Origin: the human T2T-CHM13v2.0 reference genome, Homo sapiens
Strand: one strand, 5' to 3'
Assembly: GCF_009914755.1 (NCBI RefSeq)
Contig: NC_060927.1
Length of the DNA stretch: 64,000 nucleotides
This document shows, in pieces, positions 15,087 to 29,095 of this stretch. Below the pieces are notes generated by a model that made no database searches, was not told the origin of the DNA, and saw only the letters and a list, made by a program, of their open reading frames with translations. The position numbers were made by a program, and so were the translations under genes. The first letter of the stretch is position 1. Each line of letters starts with the position of its first letter.

Positions 15087-17272
15087 CTAAAGCCCATGTT
15101 TTCTATGGTAGGTTTTTTAGGTTTTCATTTTCCAGTTAACTACCTCCACTCTCCCCTGTAGTGATTTGCTATGGACACAAATTTGTTTTCTTGATGAACA
15201 GACAATTCCATCATTGGAAATACTTTGCTAAAGAGAACAATAGTTACAATAAGCATAACATTTATTAAAACCGGCTGTATTAATCTGTTTTCACACTCCT
15301 ATAAAGAACTACCTGAGACTGAGTAATTTATAAAGAAAGTTTAATTGACTCATAGTTCTGCATGACTGGGGAGGCCTCAGGAAACTTCCAATCGTGGCAG
15401 AAGGTGAAGGGGAAGCAAGGCACGTCTTACAGGGTGGCAGGAGAGAGAGAGAGCACATAGAGGAAGCTGCCACTTTTAAACCATCAGATCTCTTGAGAAC
15501 TCATTATCCTGACAACAGCATGGGAGAAACTGCCCCAATGATCCAATCACCTCTCACAAGGTCCCTCTCTTTACACATGGGGATTACAATTGGAGATGAA
15601 ATTTGGGTGGGGACACAGAGCCAAACCATATCATTCTGCCCCTGGCCCCTCCCAAATCTCATATTCTTTTAACATTTCAAAACGCAGTCATGCCTTTCCA
15701 ACAGTCCCCTAAAGTCTTAACTCATTCCAGCATTAATCCAAAAGTTCAAGTCCAAAGTCCCATCTGAGACAAGGCAATTCCCTTCTACCTATGAGCCTGT
15801 AAAATAAAAAGCAAATTAGTTACTTCCAAGTACAGTGGGGGTACAGGCACTGGGTAGATGCTCCCATTGCAAAAGGGAGAAATTGGCCAAAAAAGGGGCT
15901 AGAGGCCTTGTGCAAGTCCAAAACCCAGCAGGAAAGCCATTAAATCTTAAAGCTTCAAAATCTCCTTTGATTCCATATTTCATATCCAGAGCACACTGAT
16001 GCAAGGAGTGGGCTCCCACAGCCTTGGGCAGCTCCACCCCTGTGGCTCTGCAGGGTACACCCCCTTTGGCTGCTTTCGTGGGCTGGCATTGAGTGCCTGC
16101 AGCTTTTCCAGGTGCACAGTGCAAACTACTGGTGGATCTACCATTCTGAGATGTGGAGGACAGTGGCTCTCTTCTCACAACTCCAATAGGCAGTACTCCA
16201 GTGGGGACTCTGTGTGGGGGCTCCAACCCTAGATTTCCCCTCCGTACTGCTGTAGTAGAGGCTTTTCATGAGGGCCATGCCCCTGCAGCAGACCCTCTGC
16301 CTGGACGTTCAGGCTTTTTCATACATTCCCTGAAATACAGGTGGAGGTTCCCAAACCTCAATTCTTGCCTTCTGTACACTTGCGAGTGCAACACCACATG
16401 GAACCCACCAAGGTTTAGGGCTTGCACCCTCTGAGGCAATGGCCCAAACTGTCCCTTGGCCCCTTCTAGCCACTGGTGGGGCTGGAGCAGCTGGCACAAA
16501 GGGCTGCAAGTCCCGAAGCTGCACAGAGCACAAGCAGGGCCCTGGGCCCAGCCCCTGAAAGCATTTTTCCTCCTAGGCCTCTGGGCCTGTAACGGGAAGG
16601 GCTGCTGTGAATATCTCTGACATGACCTAGAGACATTTTCCCAATTGTCTTGATGATTAACATTTGGCTCCTCATTGCTTATGCAAATTTCTGCAGCTGG
16701 CTTTGAATTTCTCTCCAGAAAAAGGGTGTTTCATTTCTACTGCTGGTCAGGCTGCAAATTTTCCACACTTTTATGCTCTGCTTCCCTTTTAAATGTAAGT
16801 TCCAATTTCAGGCCATCTCTTTCTTCACACGAGTGTACACTTTTAGAAAAGTCAGGTGACATCTTAAATGCTCTGCTGCTTAGAAATTTCTTCTGCCAGA
16901 TACCCTAAATCATCTCTCTGAAGTTCAAAGTTTCACAGATCTCTAGGGCAGGAGTAAAATGCTGTCTGTCTCTTTGCTATAGCATAGCAAGAGTGCCTTT
17001 ACACCATTGTTAATAAGTTCCTCATCTCCATCTGAGACCACTTCAGCCTGGGCTTCATCGTCCATATCACTATTAGCATTTTGGTCAAAATCATTCAGTA
17101 AGTCTCTAGGAAGTTCCAAACTTACACTCATCTTCCTGTCTTCTTCTAGGCCCTCCAATCTCCTCCAATCTCTGCCTATTACCAAGTTCCAAAGTCACTT
17201 CCACATTTTCAGGTATCTTTGTAGAAGTGTCCTACTCTCCTAGTACCAATTTTCTGTATTAATCCATTTTCA

Positions 17273-18583
<1,311 letters not shown>

Positions 18584-18754
18584 AAGCCACACGCTTTTAA
18601 ACCATCAGATTGTGTGAGAACTCACAAGGGTGAGAACAGCATGAGGAAAACTGTCCCCATGATTTAATCACCTCCCACTATGTCCCTCTCTTGACATGGG
18701 GGGATTACAATTTGAGATGAGATTTGAGTGGGGACACAGACCCAAACCATATCA

Positions 18755-18925
18755 CTGTCTGTGTGCCAGTCATATTCCAGGGTGCCATATATGTTTTTAT
18801 TTAATCCTCTGGACAATGCTAGATGATTACCTTTAGTACATTGTTCAAAGTCAACATTGAGGAAGTGGTGGAAGTGGATTTTGAGTCAAGGCTTTTTGAC
18901 TCAGGACCTGAACTCTTTACAGCTC
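18755..18925 (-). mobile_element. MIR split by THE1D (other part ~15240-15275)
   Basis: aacatttatt (left of THE1D) continues as tgtgtgccag..atttaatcctc..gtggtggaagtggatttt. Confidence 0.65.
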
Positions 18926-18927
18926 AC

Positions 18928-19728
18928 TGTAGTGGGTTGCATTGAGGCCCCCCCAAAAGATACATATTCAAGTCCTAAACTCCAGTACTTATGACTGTGA
19001 GCTTATTTGGAAATAGGGCCTTTGCAGATGTAATTAAATACAGATCTTAAGATGAAATCATCCTGGACTTAGGGTGGATTCTAAATCCAATGACTGGTAT
19101 TTTTATAAAAAGAGAGACAGAGAAAAAGGCCTGTGAAGACAGAGCCAGAGATCAGAGTTATGCTACCACAAGCCAAGGAATGCCTGGGGCTATCAGAAGC
19201 TGGAAGAGGCGTGGAAAAATTCTTCCCCTTTACAGCCTTTGAAGGAAGTGTGTCCCTGTCAACAGCCTGATTTCGGACTTCTGGCCTCCAGAACTGTGAG
19301 ACAATAAATTCCTGATTTTTTTTAACTTTTATTTTAGGTTCGGGGGTTCATGTGAAAGTTTGTTATATAGGTAAATTTGTGTCATGGGGGTTTGTTGTAC
19401 AGATTATTTCATCACCCAAGTATTAAGCCCAGTACCCAGTGGTTATCTTTTTTGCTCCTCTCCCTCCTCCTACTCTCCTTCCTTAATTAGGCTCCAGGGT
19501 CTATTGTTTCCTTCTTTGTGTTTGTAAGTTCTTATCATTTAGCTCTCATTTATAAGTGAGAACATGTAGTATTTGGTTTTCTGTTCTTGCATTAGTTTGC
19601 TAAGGATAATAGCCTCCAGCTCCATCCACGTTCCTACAAAAGACATAATCTCATTCTTTTTTATGGCTGCATCCTGTTGTTTTTAAGCCACACAGTTTTT
19701 GGCACATTAAACAGACAACCAATAAACA
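18928..19728 (+). mobile_element. MLT1C-like solo LTR interrupted by an L1 fragment
   Basis: tgtagtgggttg..ttatttggaaatagggcctttgcagatgtaatt..cagaactgtgagacaataaatt, resuming at gttgtttttaagccac. Confidence 0.85.
19315..19671 (-). mobile_element. Short 3'-end L1 (L1PA13-16-like)
   Basis: aacttttattttaggttcggggg..ttatggctgca. Degenerate TSD tcctgatttt (~19310) / tcctgttgtttt (19672) ending at TTTT/AA. Confidence 0.85.
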
Positions 19729-19875
19729 CTGCATGACTGAACAATAGAGTGAATTGCTTGAGGACTCAGTGAGTGACAATCAATTCTCTGGGTCAAACCA
19801 CAGAATTCTAGAAATGTAGTGTTGTGGTGAGATATTACCAGGTGGGTAAACTGAGCTATAAAAGAATTGAAAACT

Positions 19876-20095
19876 GGCCAGGCAAGGTGGCTTATGCCTG
19901 TAATCCCAGTACTTGGGGAGGCTGAAGCAAAATAATAGCTTGAAGCCAGGAGTTTGATACCAGCCTGGACAACATAGTGAGAGTTTGTCTCAAAAATAAA
20001 TAAATAAATAATTAGCCAGGAGGTTAAGGCTGCTGCAGTGAGCTCTGATCATGCCACTGGACCACAGAGATAGAGACACCGTATCACAAAAGAAC
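19876..20095 (+). mobile_element. AluJ with deletion in the right arm, followed by a G/A-rich tail
   Basis: Left monomer and (TAAA)n linker, then ttagccagg joined directly to aggttaaggctg. Confidence 0.87.
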
Positions 20096-20819
20096 AAGAA
20101 GAGGAGGAAGAGGAAGGGGAGGGGAGGGGGAGGGGAGGGAGAGGGGCAGGGGGGAAATAAAAATGTCCTCCCAAGCACACTTGTATTACAGGTCCAAGGT
20201 CGCAAGGTGAGTTAAAAGCCTAACCTCCTGATCCCCACTACTTCCCACCCACCACCAGGTACTACTGTAGCTGTGTTCTTAGAGTATAAGTCAGATAAAA
20301 GTAATTAAATTTGAGCTGTGTGAGAACTTCATAATGGAAGCAGAGTAGAAATAGGCTAGGCATTGCAGCAGCCGAGCTAAAAAATAAAAAAGGTACAATT
20401 AAGAATCCCTTAACTCTAGTGTCAGTTGCAAAAACTCTCCCACAGTCTTGAAGGCTGCAGAGTGGGAAGCTGATGTGTCAACGCTTTTCTCTTCTTTGCT
20501 TATCTCTGCCAATTTGATATTTTGTTCGTGTAGGGGAGCACGCCTGCCCTGAATGTCTCCACCTCTCTGCCTTTGCCCACGCTGTACCCTGCTTTGATTG
20601 CCCTCACCTTCGTGTCTGCATCCTACCCTTTTTAAGACTTAGCTCAAATACCAGCTCTCCTTTGACTCCTTGAGCTGTACTCATCTGTGTTCCCCAACAC
20701 TTAGAGATTTCAGCACTTCCTGGATCTTGCTTACTGATGCTGACTTCATGTTGAACTAGCCACAGAAGCCACAGATTAAGTTCCATATAATTTCTCTGAG
20801 CCTCACTTTGTTCAATCTT

Positions 20820-21990
20820 TATTCATTCAGTCATACAATCATCAATATTTTGTGAGTAAACTAATATGCTCCAGGTCATGTTCATAATGCTGGGAAATGA
20901 AGGGAAAAGACAGCTGGAAATTATATTGGAGATAGGGAGAGGCAGATAATAAGTAAGTAATAGATGTTAGACTATCAGATAGTGACAAGTGTTATGAAGA
21001 ACAAAAACAGGGTGGCTAGAGGGGATGGGGCCAATGTGATTAAGGGTTCAAAGAAGGGTTCATGGAAGAAAAGATGTTTTAAGTGGAACCTGGGTAAAAA
21101 AGCAGAGACCATGTTGAGAAGACCTGAATGAAAAGCACTCCCAGCAGCAGGGGGGAGCAGTGGCCCCAGGATGGAGAAATTCTTGGGTTATTCAAGGAAG
21201 AGGAGGGCCAGTATAAACAAATGAAAGTGTGACGGGATAAGAGCTACTGCAGATGGGCAGGGCACAGTGGTTCACACCTGTAATCCCAGCACTTTGGGAG
21301 GCCAAGGTGGGTAGATCACTTGAGCTCAGGAGTTCGAGATCAACCTGGGCAACATGATGAAACCCCATCTTTCCAAAAAAATACAAAAACATACAGCTGG
21401 GCATGGTGGTATGTGCCTATAGTCCCAGCTACTTGGGAGGCTGCAGTGAGAGGATCACCTGAGTCCAGGAGGTTGAGGCCACAGTGAGCCGAGCCATGAT
21501 CCTGCCATTGCACTCCATCCTGGGTGACAGAACAAGATCCTGTCTCAAAAAAAAAAAAAAAAAAAAGAAGAGTTATTGCAGATGAATTTGAAGAGGTAGA
21601 CAGAACAGATGCTGAAGGACCTGGTAGGCTGTGGAAAAGATATTGGATTTTATTCTAAAAGTGATGGGAAGCTCTTGGAATGTTCCAAACAGGGTAGTGT
21701 CATAATCAGATGTACTTTAAAAAATTGTCACTCTGGCTGCTAAGTGGAGAATGAGTAAGAGGTCAAGAGTGAAAGCAAGGAGACCATCTGGAGACTATTG
21801 TAATAGTCTAGGTAAGAGATGATGGCTTCTTGGAGCCAGGGCAAAGCAGTGGAGTTGGAGAATGGTATCAGATTTGGGGTACACTTTGTGGGTAGAACTG
21901 ACAAGATGGACTGGAGGCTGAAGAAAGGGTCACTTAGGGATTACTCCTAGGGTTTTGTCTCTAGCCAATTGAGCTGCTATTTACTGAATG
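20820..21990 (-). mobile_element. L2 3' region, interrupted by an Alu
   Basis: attcattca..., atagtgacaagtgttatgaaga, ggattttattctaaaagtgatgggaagc, tcactctggctgct. Confidence 0.78.
21256..21567 (+). mobile_element. AluJ(b) with TSD
   Basis: Full dimer and A-tail. TSD aagagctactgcagatg (21239-21255) / aagagttattgcagatg (21568-21584). Confidence 0.94.
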
Positions 21991-22074
21991 GAAACTAACT
22001 CCACACACCTGTGCTGTCATGATCCAAGCAGTATCAACCCTCAGATTTGTGAAATCTGTTTTTGTGAGGGACTA

Positions 22075-22280
22075 GAATGTAGCTCTTGTTTCATTTCGTG
22101 GCTCTGCCACTTCCCAGCTTTATGTGCCTTTGGGAAAGTCAACTTCTCCATGGCTCAGTTTTTTCAGCTAAAACCTGAGGAGCAGTACAGAATGGTTATT
22201 ATGATGAGGATTTAGTGAGCTAATGTATGTAAAGTGCTTAGTGTGTTTCCTGGGACATTATGCATTCAAAAATGGTAGTA
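22075..22280 (+). mobile_element. MIR
   Basis: ggctctgccacttcccagct..gaggatttagtgagctaatgtatgtaaagtgcttag. Confidence 0.75.
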
Positions 22281-22285
22281 TAGTA

Positions 22286-22793
22286 TAGTCATTTGCCACA
22301 TAACAATGTTTTCATCAAGGATGGACCACATATACAGCAATGGTCCCATAAGATTATAAATTCAGTGTACCTAAGTGTGCAGTGTTTATAAAGTCTACAG
22401 TAGTGTACAGTAATGTCCTAGGCCTTCACCTTCATGCACCCACTCACTCACTGACTCACCCAGAGTAACTTGCATTTGTGTAAGCTCCAGTCACATTATG
22501 CGCCCCAGGTAAGTAGAACATTTTTTATCTTTTGTACTGTATTTTTACTGTACCTTTTCAATGTTTTGATATATTTAGATAAACAAATACTACTCATTGT
22601 GTTATAGTTACTTGTAGTATTCAGTTTGGGTTTGTAGCCTAGGAGCAAGAGGCTACACAATATAGCCTAGGTATGTAGCAGGCTATACACTCTAGGTTAG
22701 TGTAAGTATATCCTATGGTGTTTGCACAATGATAAAATTGCCTAATGATGCATTCCTCAGAAAGTATCCCCATCATGAAATAACACATGACTG
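22286..22793 (+). mobile_element. Tigger3-family (Golem) non-autonomous TcMar transposon
   Basis: TIR-like ends tagtcat.../...catgactg, TA target sites at both ends, ggtcccataagattataa, tagcctaggagcaagaggcta. Confidence 0.87.
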
Positions 22794-25326
22794 TAGAACT
22801 AGTCATTTCTGTCATCATTTTTTTTCTCTCTTTTTCTTGAAGGAGTCTCCCAGCTCTTTAGGATCCCAGTGCCCCCACATTGCTTCTTCTGATGGTGGCT
22901 CTGTACTCCCTATTACAGTGCTTCATCTAAACCCCCCTCCCTCTCACAAACCTCTGTAACCCCTTATCAAAGCTTGTTTATCTCATGGCTAGCTCTGTGT
23001 CATAGGGTTGACCTTATCAATTCTACTTGTACAATTTTAGAAGAGGCTGTCATCTCATTCATCAGCACACAAGCCGGAACTTCAGATTTTGATAAGACAA
23101 AAAAAAAAAAAAAAAACAAATTCTTATGAATTTGGAAACCTGAAGTTTCAAGAATTTAGGAGAGTAGTGTTGGGATAAAGGAATGACTCATTTACTATTT
23201 TCACTATTTTAAAAAATGGACTGGGAATACAACCTTGAATTCCAGTGACACCAAAATGGCCCTGTGAACTAGCAAGGCTGTGTGCATAGTAATCACAGAA
23301 TAAATACCTAATGAACTGGTTTGAAATAAATTTTAATAAAGTTTTTAGTATCTTTTTGCACTGCATAATTGAACAATGATCAAAGAATAGGTAGGATAGG
23401 TAGGACTACAAATATTCAAACAAGAAGGGAGACTTCATTTGTACTAAGTATTAGGGCAAACTTTATCCTGTTGCTTTACAATTTTAATTTTCTTGAAGCC
23501 TTGAGTCAACGTTATTTAATATCATAGACATAGTGTTTTTGGCATATTCCCCATGATGAATTACTTATCTGCATAATTTATAATAATTTCTACTCTCATG
23601 AAGAATAAATGGTAATTAAATGAGGTTCTATCATTTATCTTGCCTTTGAGATTTGGTCAGTGTGAGTGACAGTTAAGTCTCGTCACTGTAGCTAAAGCTC
23701 TGCTTACTGAAATTCCAGCTCAGTTACCACAGTCGTTTGGTGATTGTACCCCATCTAAGATAATTAGTTCATTTCTTGGAAGTCAAATGGGGCTTGGAGT
23801 AAAATTGGAAACTCTGAAAATGTTGAGTTCAAAATGTAAATGACTTTTTACTGATAACTACCAAAAGTGAAGAATGACAAGTAAATGCCTTACCTAATTA
23901 GGAAATTTTTTTTACTTTATAAAGTCCTCCAGATTTAAAATTAGACTGCTTGTCAGCCTATGGGAATTGGTTGAGTCATGTGGAATTCTAATACAATAGA
24001 ATCTGGATTTGGGCTTCTATATTTAGCCTCACTCAAATTCAGTCCTTTTTTATTTTTACATACATACAACCCAACTTAGCAACTGGTAATGACCGGGTAG
24101 AATGAGAGATATCTAGGATTTTTCTTAGATTGCAAGAAGGGCCTACAGAATTATCTTTCTCAGCTAATAAATTCTGATGTGGCTGAAACTTGAATTTGAC
24201 ATTTTGAATGGTTAGTAAGATCCACGTGGACAAAGACTAAGCCTTCGTGACCCCTCACTACCTCCATAACCTTGGCTTGCCATCTTGAAAACCAAACAAT
24301 TGTCATGGCAGTTCAAGTCCTTTTCAGAAAGCTTAAACTAATTTAATAATTTAAATACATTTTTGTGATCTATAACTACTAATGAAAAAACATTCAATAC
24401 ACATGTATTGGTTACAATAATGGGTCTTTAGCTTTGTCTTTATTTAGGAAAGACTATCTACTTTAGGTGAGGTTGAGATGGTCCTGCATTCTATCACAGA
24501 GCTGTGGTGCCAGATCAAATGAATGGTAAATGGAATCAGACATGGACATGTACAGTATGATCTTTCTGAGTCAAGCATTCCCTGCTACATTAATGGCATA
24601 ATTTAGAATTATTTGGGTTGTTTTATGAAATGCCTCCTTATTTATTAGTCATTTATACTTCACAGTAAGGTAGGGTAGGATTTCAAGGTGACAATATGAT
24701 TATGATAATCAAATAAATACACAGGGTATGATACTATTGCTATTGCCAGCATATAATATGGTCTTGTGAAAGCTCTGAATGGTACAATATGCAATATTTA
24801 TTTGATTTCTAATCCCAATATCGTTTTTAAATAAACAAATCTTGACCACATGGGAATGCTGCATAAAATTTATAAGGACTCTTTTTTTATTTTGGTAACA
24901 GAGCTCTTTGTTTTCCATTTTATTCTAATCTAATTATTTTACCTGGTATTGGTGATCATTTCTCACCATAAAGAGAAGCTCACATGTCTGAAACAAAAAT
25001 CTTAAATTTGGTGGCATCATGCAGATGGAAGATGGAAATACTTCTAAAATTGAGGAGCATGGACAGGAATTCCACAAGATGATCTCAGCTTTGGATTGCC
25101 AAATAGAGAACACACAAGCCTCAGTTTGACAGACCAAATTTTATTCTTGAATCAAATGAATATGCTGTTTGCTCCTTGAACATATTTTATATTACCTATT
25201 CATTTAAAAGATTGGACTAGTATTATCGGATACCCTTAAACTTGGGTACAAAAGTAGTTTCCCTGAACATTAATAATTAACCCTTTCACTCGAGGCATGG
25301 ATGAACCAGGATGAATAGCAAGAAAC

Positions 25327-25624
<298 letters not shown>

Positions 25625-26170
25625 AGAAATGGTTTTAAGAAATAAAGATATGGAAAATATTTATTGGAAATAAAATAAATTCTATACTAAATCATTGGAT
25701 AATCTCTTCAACTGAAACACAATCTGTTTTGTTTTTTGTTTTTGTTTTTCTTGGCTGGGCCGCCTTATAGATCTTAGTTTCTAAGCTTTACCCTGTAATA
25801 CTTTCATCTAAAGATGTCCAGCATGTCACTGACAAAGATACTTTATGCTTCCACTAACACCTTCTTCTTTCTCTGCAGATGTGTATGTATGTGTCTTTTA
25901 AATTCTCAGTCCTTAAAAACTTTGTCAGTCTACTCAACTAGCCAGAAAGAATATCTGTTTCCAATTATCTTCTTTATCTCCAACCCTAAATTCCTGGTAC
26001 CTTCCTGTTACCTTTGCCACCTGGGGCTTCTCAATAAGTTCCAATGATTTCAAGCAAGTCAGCAAGGCTCCCAGGCATGCTGCCTTACAGATCAGATTAA
26101 CCTGGCTTCAAACATTGGCACTGCCACATTTTAGTTTGGGGACTTTGAACAAGTCACTTTAATCTCCATG

Positions 26171-26539
26171 TGATATGGTTAGGCTTTGTGTCCCCACCCA
26201 AATCTCATCTTAAATTGTAATCCCCAGGTGTTTAGGAAGAGACCTGCTGGGAAGTGGTTAGATTATAGGGGCAGTTTCCCCCATTGCTGTTCTCCTGATA
26301 GTGAGTGAATTCTCATGAGATCTGATGGTTTTATAAATGGTAGATTTTCCTGCACTGACACATGCTCATTCTTGCCTGCCTTCTTGTAAGATCTGCTTCT
26401 CCTGTGCCTTCCACCATAACTGTAAGTTTTCTGAGGCCTCTCCAGCAATGCAGAACTGTGAGTCAATTAAACTTTTTTCTTTTAGAAATTACCCAGTCTC
26501 AGCTATTTCTTTATAGCAGTATGAGAATGGACTAATATA
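26171..26539 (+). mobile_element. THE1-family (THE1D-like) solo LTR inserted in a MIR (~26090-26630)
   Basis: tgatatggttaggctttgtgtccccacccaaatctcatc...gagaatggactaatata. Perfect 5-bp TSD ccatg at 26166-26170 and 26540-26544. Confidence 0.92.
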
Positions 26540-26560
26540 CCATGCTTCAATGTCTTTGTC

Positions 26561-26563
<3 letters not shown>

Positions 26564-26601
<38 letters not shown>
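26564..26601 (+). repeat. A38 homopolymer
   Basis: Direct observation. Confidence 0.97.
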
Positions 26602-26603
<2 letters not shown>

Positions 26604-26754
26604 AAATAATAATAATCCCTACTTTATTGTAAAATATCTAAAACACTAAGAATATCTGCCTGATAAATTTTAGCTCTTCATCTAAAAGTGTTATTATTTT
26701 TAAGCATTTCCCTGGCCTACCCCAAACTTCACAGTATAGTGGAGCATATAAAAA

Positions 26755-26972
26755 TAATGTAATAATAATGCCTAACATTTATTGAGCCTTTACAATGTAT
26801 TAGGCTGTTCTAAGCATATTAAAAGTACTGACTTAATTTTTACTATTCTTTTAAGTAGTTCTATTACTATTCATATTTATAGATCAGGAAACTGAGCCTC
26901 AGAAAAGTCAAAAACTCGTCCAAGTTCACATGGTTAGTAAGTGGTGAAGCCAATAATTAAATCCAGGCAGTC
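26755..26972 (-). mobile_element. MIR
   Basis: aacatttattgagc..gaaactgagcctcagaaaagt..gttagtaagtggtgaagcc. Confidence 0.8.
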
Positions 26973-27004
26973 ATTTGCTAAGCTGCCCAAGTATGCAGTT
27001 GTGA

Positions 27005-27220
27005 AATACCAGACTAGAATTCAGCACTCTTGGGTTCAGGCCCCAGATTGGTCACTTGCGAATTACCTTCAGTAATTCACTGGATCTCTCTGCGTTTCAG
27101 ATTCTTCATCTCTAAAATGAGATAATTGTTCTTTACCTATCTACAGAATGTGGTAAAGATCAAATTAGAGAAATCACGAGTACTTGGCTAGCATTTGCAA
27201 GTAATTACTATTATTATTAA
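27005..27220 (+). mobile_element. MIR-like relic
   Basis: ttcttcatctctaaaatgagataat..aaagatcaaattag. Confidence 0.55.
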
Positions 27221-27395
27221 CTTCAAATAATGTTTATGAATGTGTTTCATAAATTCTGGAAGACCTATTTAAATGTAGAGATGCCACTGCTGCTGATCAT
27301 GATGGTTCCCAAAGGGTTTTGTTCACTACAAAAGATTGAGAAATGAATTCATGCTAAAGTATTCTTAGGTCTTGGGAGCTTAGGATACCATACCT

Positions 27396-28360
27396 GTTTT
27401 TTTATTTGTATAAATTTAAGGGGTGCAAGTGCAGTTTTGTTACATGGATATATTACATAGTTGTAAGTCTGGCCTTTTCGAATATCCATCACCTAAATAA
27501 TGTACATTGTACCCATTAATTAATTTTTCATCTCTCACTTACCTCCCGCCCTACCACCCTTTGGAGTCTCCAATGTCTATCATTCCACACTCCATGTCCA
27601 TGTGTGCACATTATTTAGCTCCCACTTTAAGGGAGAACATGAGGCACTTCACTTTTTGTTTCTGAGTTGTTTCACTTAAGATAATGGCCCTCCAGTTCCA
27701 TCCATGTTGCTGCAAAAGACATAATTTCATTCTTTTTTATGGCTAAAGAGCATTCCATTGTGTTTATATATTTTCTTTATCCAGTCATCTGTTGATGGAC
27801 ATTTAGGTTGATTCCATGTTTTTGCTATTGTGAATAGGGCTGCAATAAACATATGAGAGCAGATATCTTTTTAACATAATGATTTTCCTTTGGGTAGATA
27901 CACAATAAGGTGATTGCTTGATCAAATGTTAGTTTTGTTTTCAGTTCTTTGAGAAATATTAATTCTATTTTCCCATAGATGTTGTACTAATTTACATTGC
28001 CACCAACAGTGTACAAATGTTTCCTTTTCTCCACATCCTCACCAACTTCTGTTGTTTTTTGACTTTTTAATAATAGTCACTCTGACTGGTGTAAGATGGT
28101 ATCTCATTGTGGTTTTAATTTGCATTTCTCTGATAATTAGTAATGTTGAGCATTTTTTTCATATGCTTGATGTCCATTTATACATCTTCTTTTGAAAAAT
28201 GTCTATTCATATCCTTTGCCCACTTTTTAATGGGGTTATTGGTTTTTTTGTTGCTATTGTTGTGTTGTTTGAGTTATTTGTAGATTCTAGATATTAGTCC
28301 TCTGTTGGTTGTATAATTTGTAAATATTTTCTCCTATTCTGTAGGTTGTCTGTTCACTGA
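27396..28360 (-). mobile_element. 5'-truncated L1 3' end (L1PB4-like)
   Basis: ggtgcaagtgcagttttgttacatggatatatt...gatggtatctcattgtggttttaatttgc...gtaggttgtctgttcactg. Confidence 0.88.
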
Positions 28361-28649
28361 CTTCTCTGTTAATGACATAGTATTTGGGGAGATTCCTTCA
28401 CTGCACAATTCAATGGCAAGGACTTTAGGGGCTAGGGTTCCTGAAATCATGCCACTGAAGCCAACATCTTCTCCACCTACTGGAAAAAATTTGTTTGAGT
28501 CTTGCTGAGTAGTGTCAAAAGCCAAGATGATGAACAAAGTCTTTCTATGGGGAATTATTTTTTGTAAATCATAACCACTGCAACGATCCTTTCACAACCC
28601 TAATCTTTGTGACCTATCTTCTTGATCCATATCCTTCAGTGTGTGCATT

Positions 28650-29095
28650 GTTTTGGAGATAAAAATCCAAAATCCACATCCTGGCCTGGATGGTCAGGCA
28701 TGGCCCAGTCCCTGTCTCCTGCTTTAGTCATAGCATACTCCTCATTTTCTGCCCTAGCCATATCTGTCTTCTTATAAATCCTCCCCATAGGGCCATTGCA
28801 TGTGCTGATCTCACTGCCCAGTACATTCTTGACCCTGTCCTCTCCCCCTTCTTCTAGTTAAATTAGCTCATGTCCCTTTCTCAGAAAAGCCCCCTTGACC
28901 TTTATGATTCATCAGAGCTTATGATTTTTTTACTGAACCCTGAAAATCTCCTCCCCACAACTCTCAATGCAACTATACATTCATTGACATGATTACCTGA
29001 CTGATGTTTCTCCTCCATTAGACTGAATGCTTCAATAAACCTATCAAAGGACCAAGAGCTTTGTGATCATATGTGTTTAATGCATGAATGAATGG
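28650..29095 (+). mobile_element. L2 relic
   Basis: ccatagggccattgcatgtgctg, ctccattagactgaatgc, terminal atgaatgaatg. Confidence 0.55.

Noticed and set aside
15394-16908. Cluster of overlapping ORFs up to 136 aa
   Set aside because: Degenerate THE1 LTR and internal sequence; no intact long ORF.
28365-28600. Possible processed pseudogene or 5'-fused sequence next to L1PB4
   Set aside because: No recognisable protein or RNA similarity and no TSD found.
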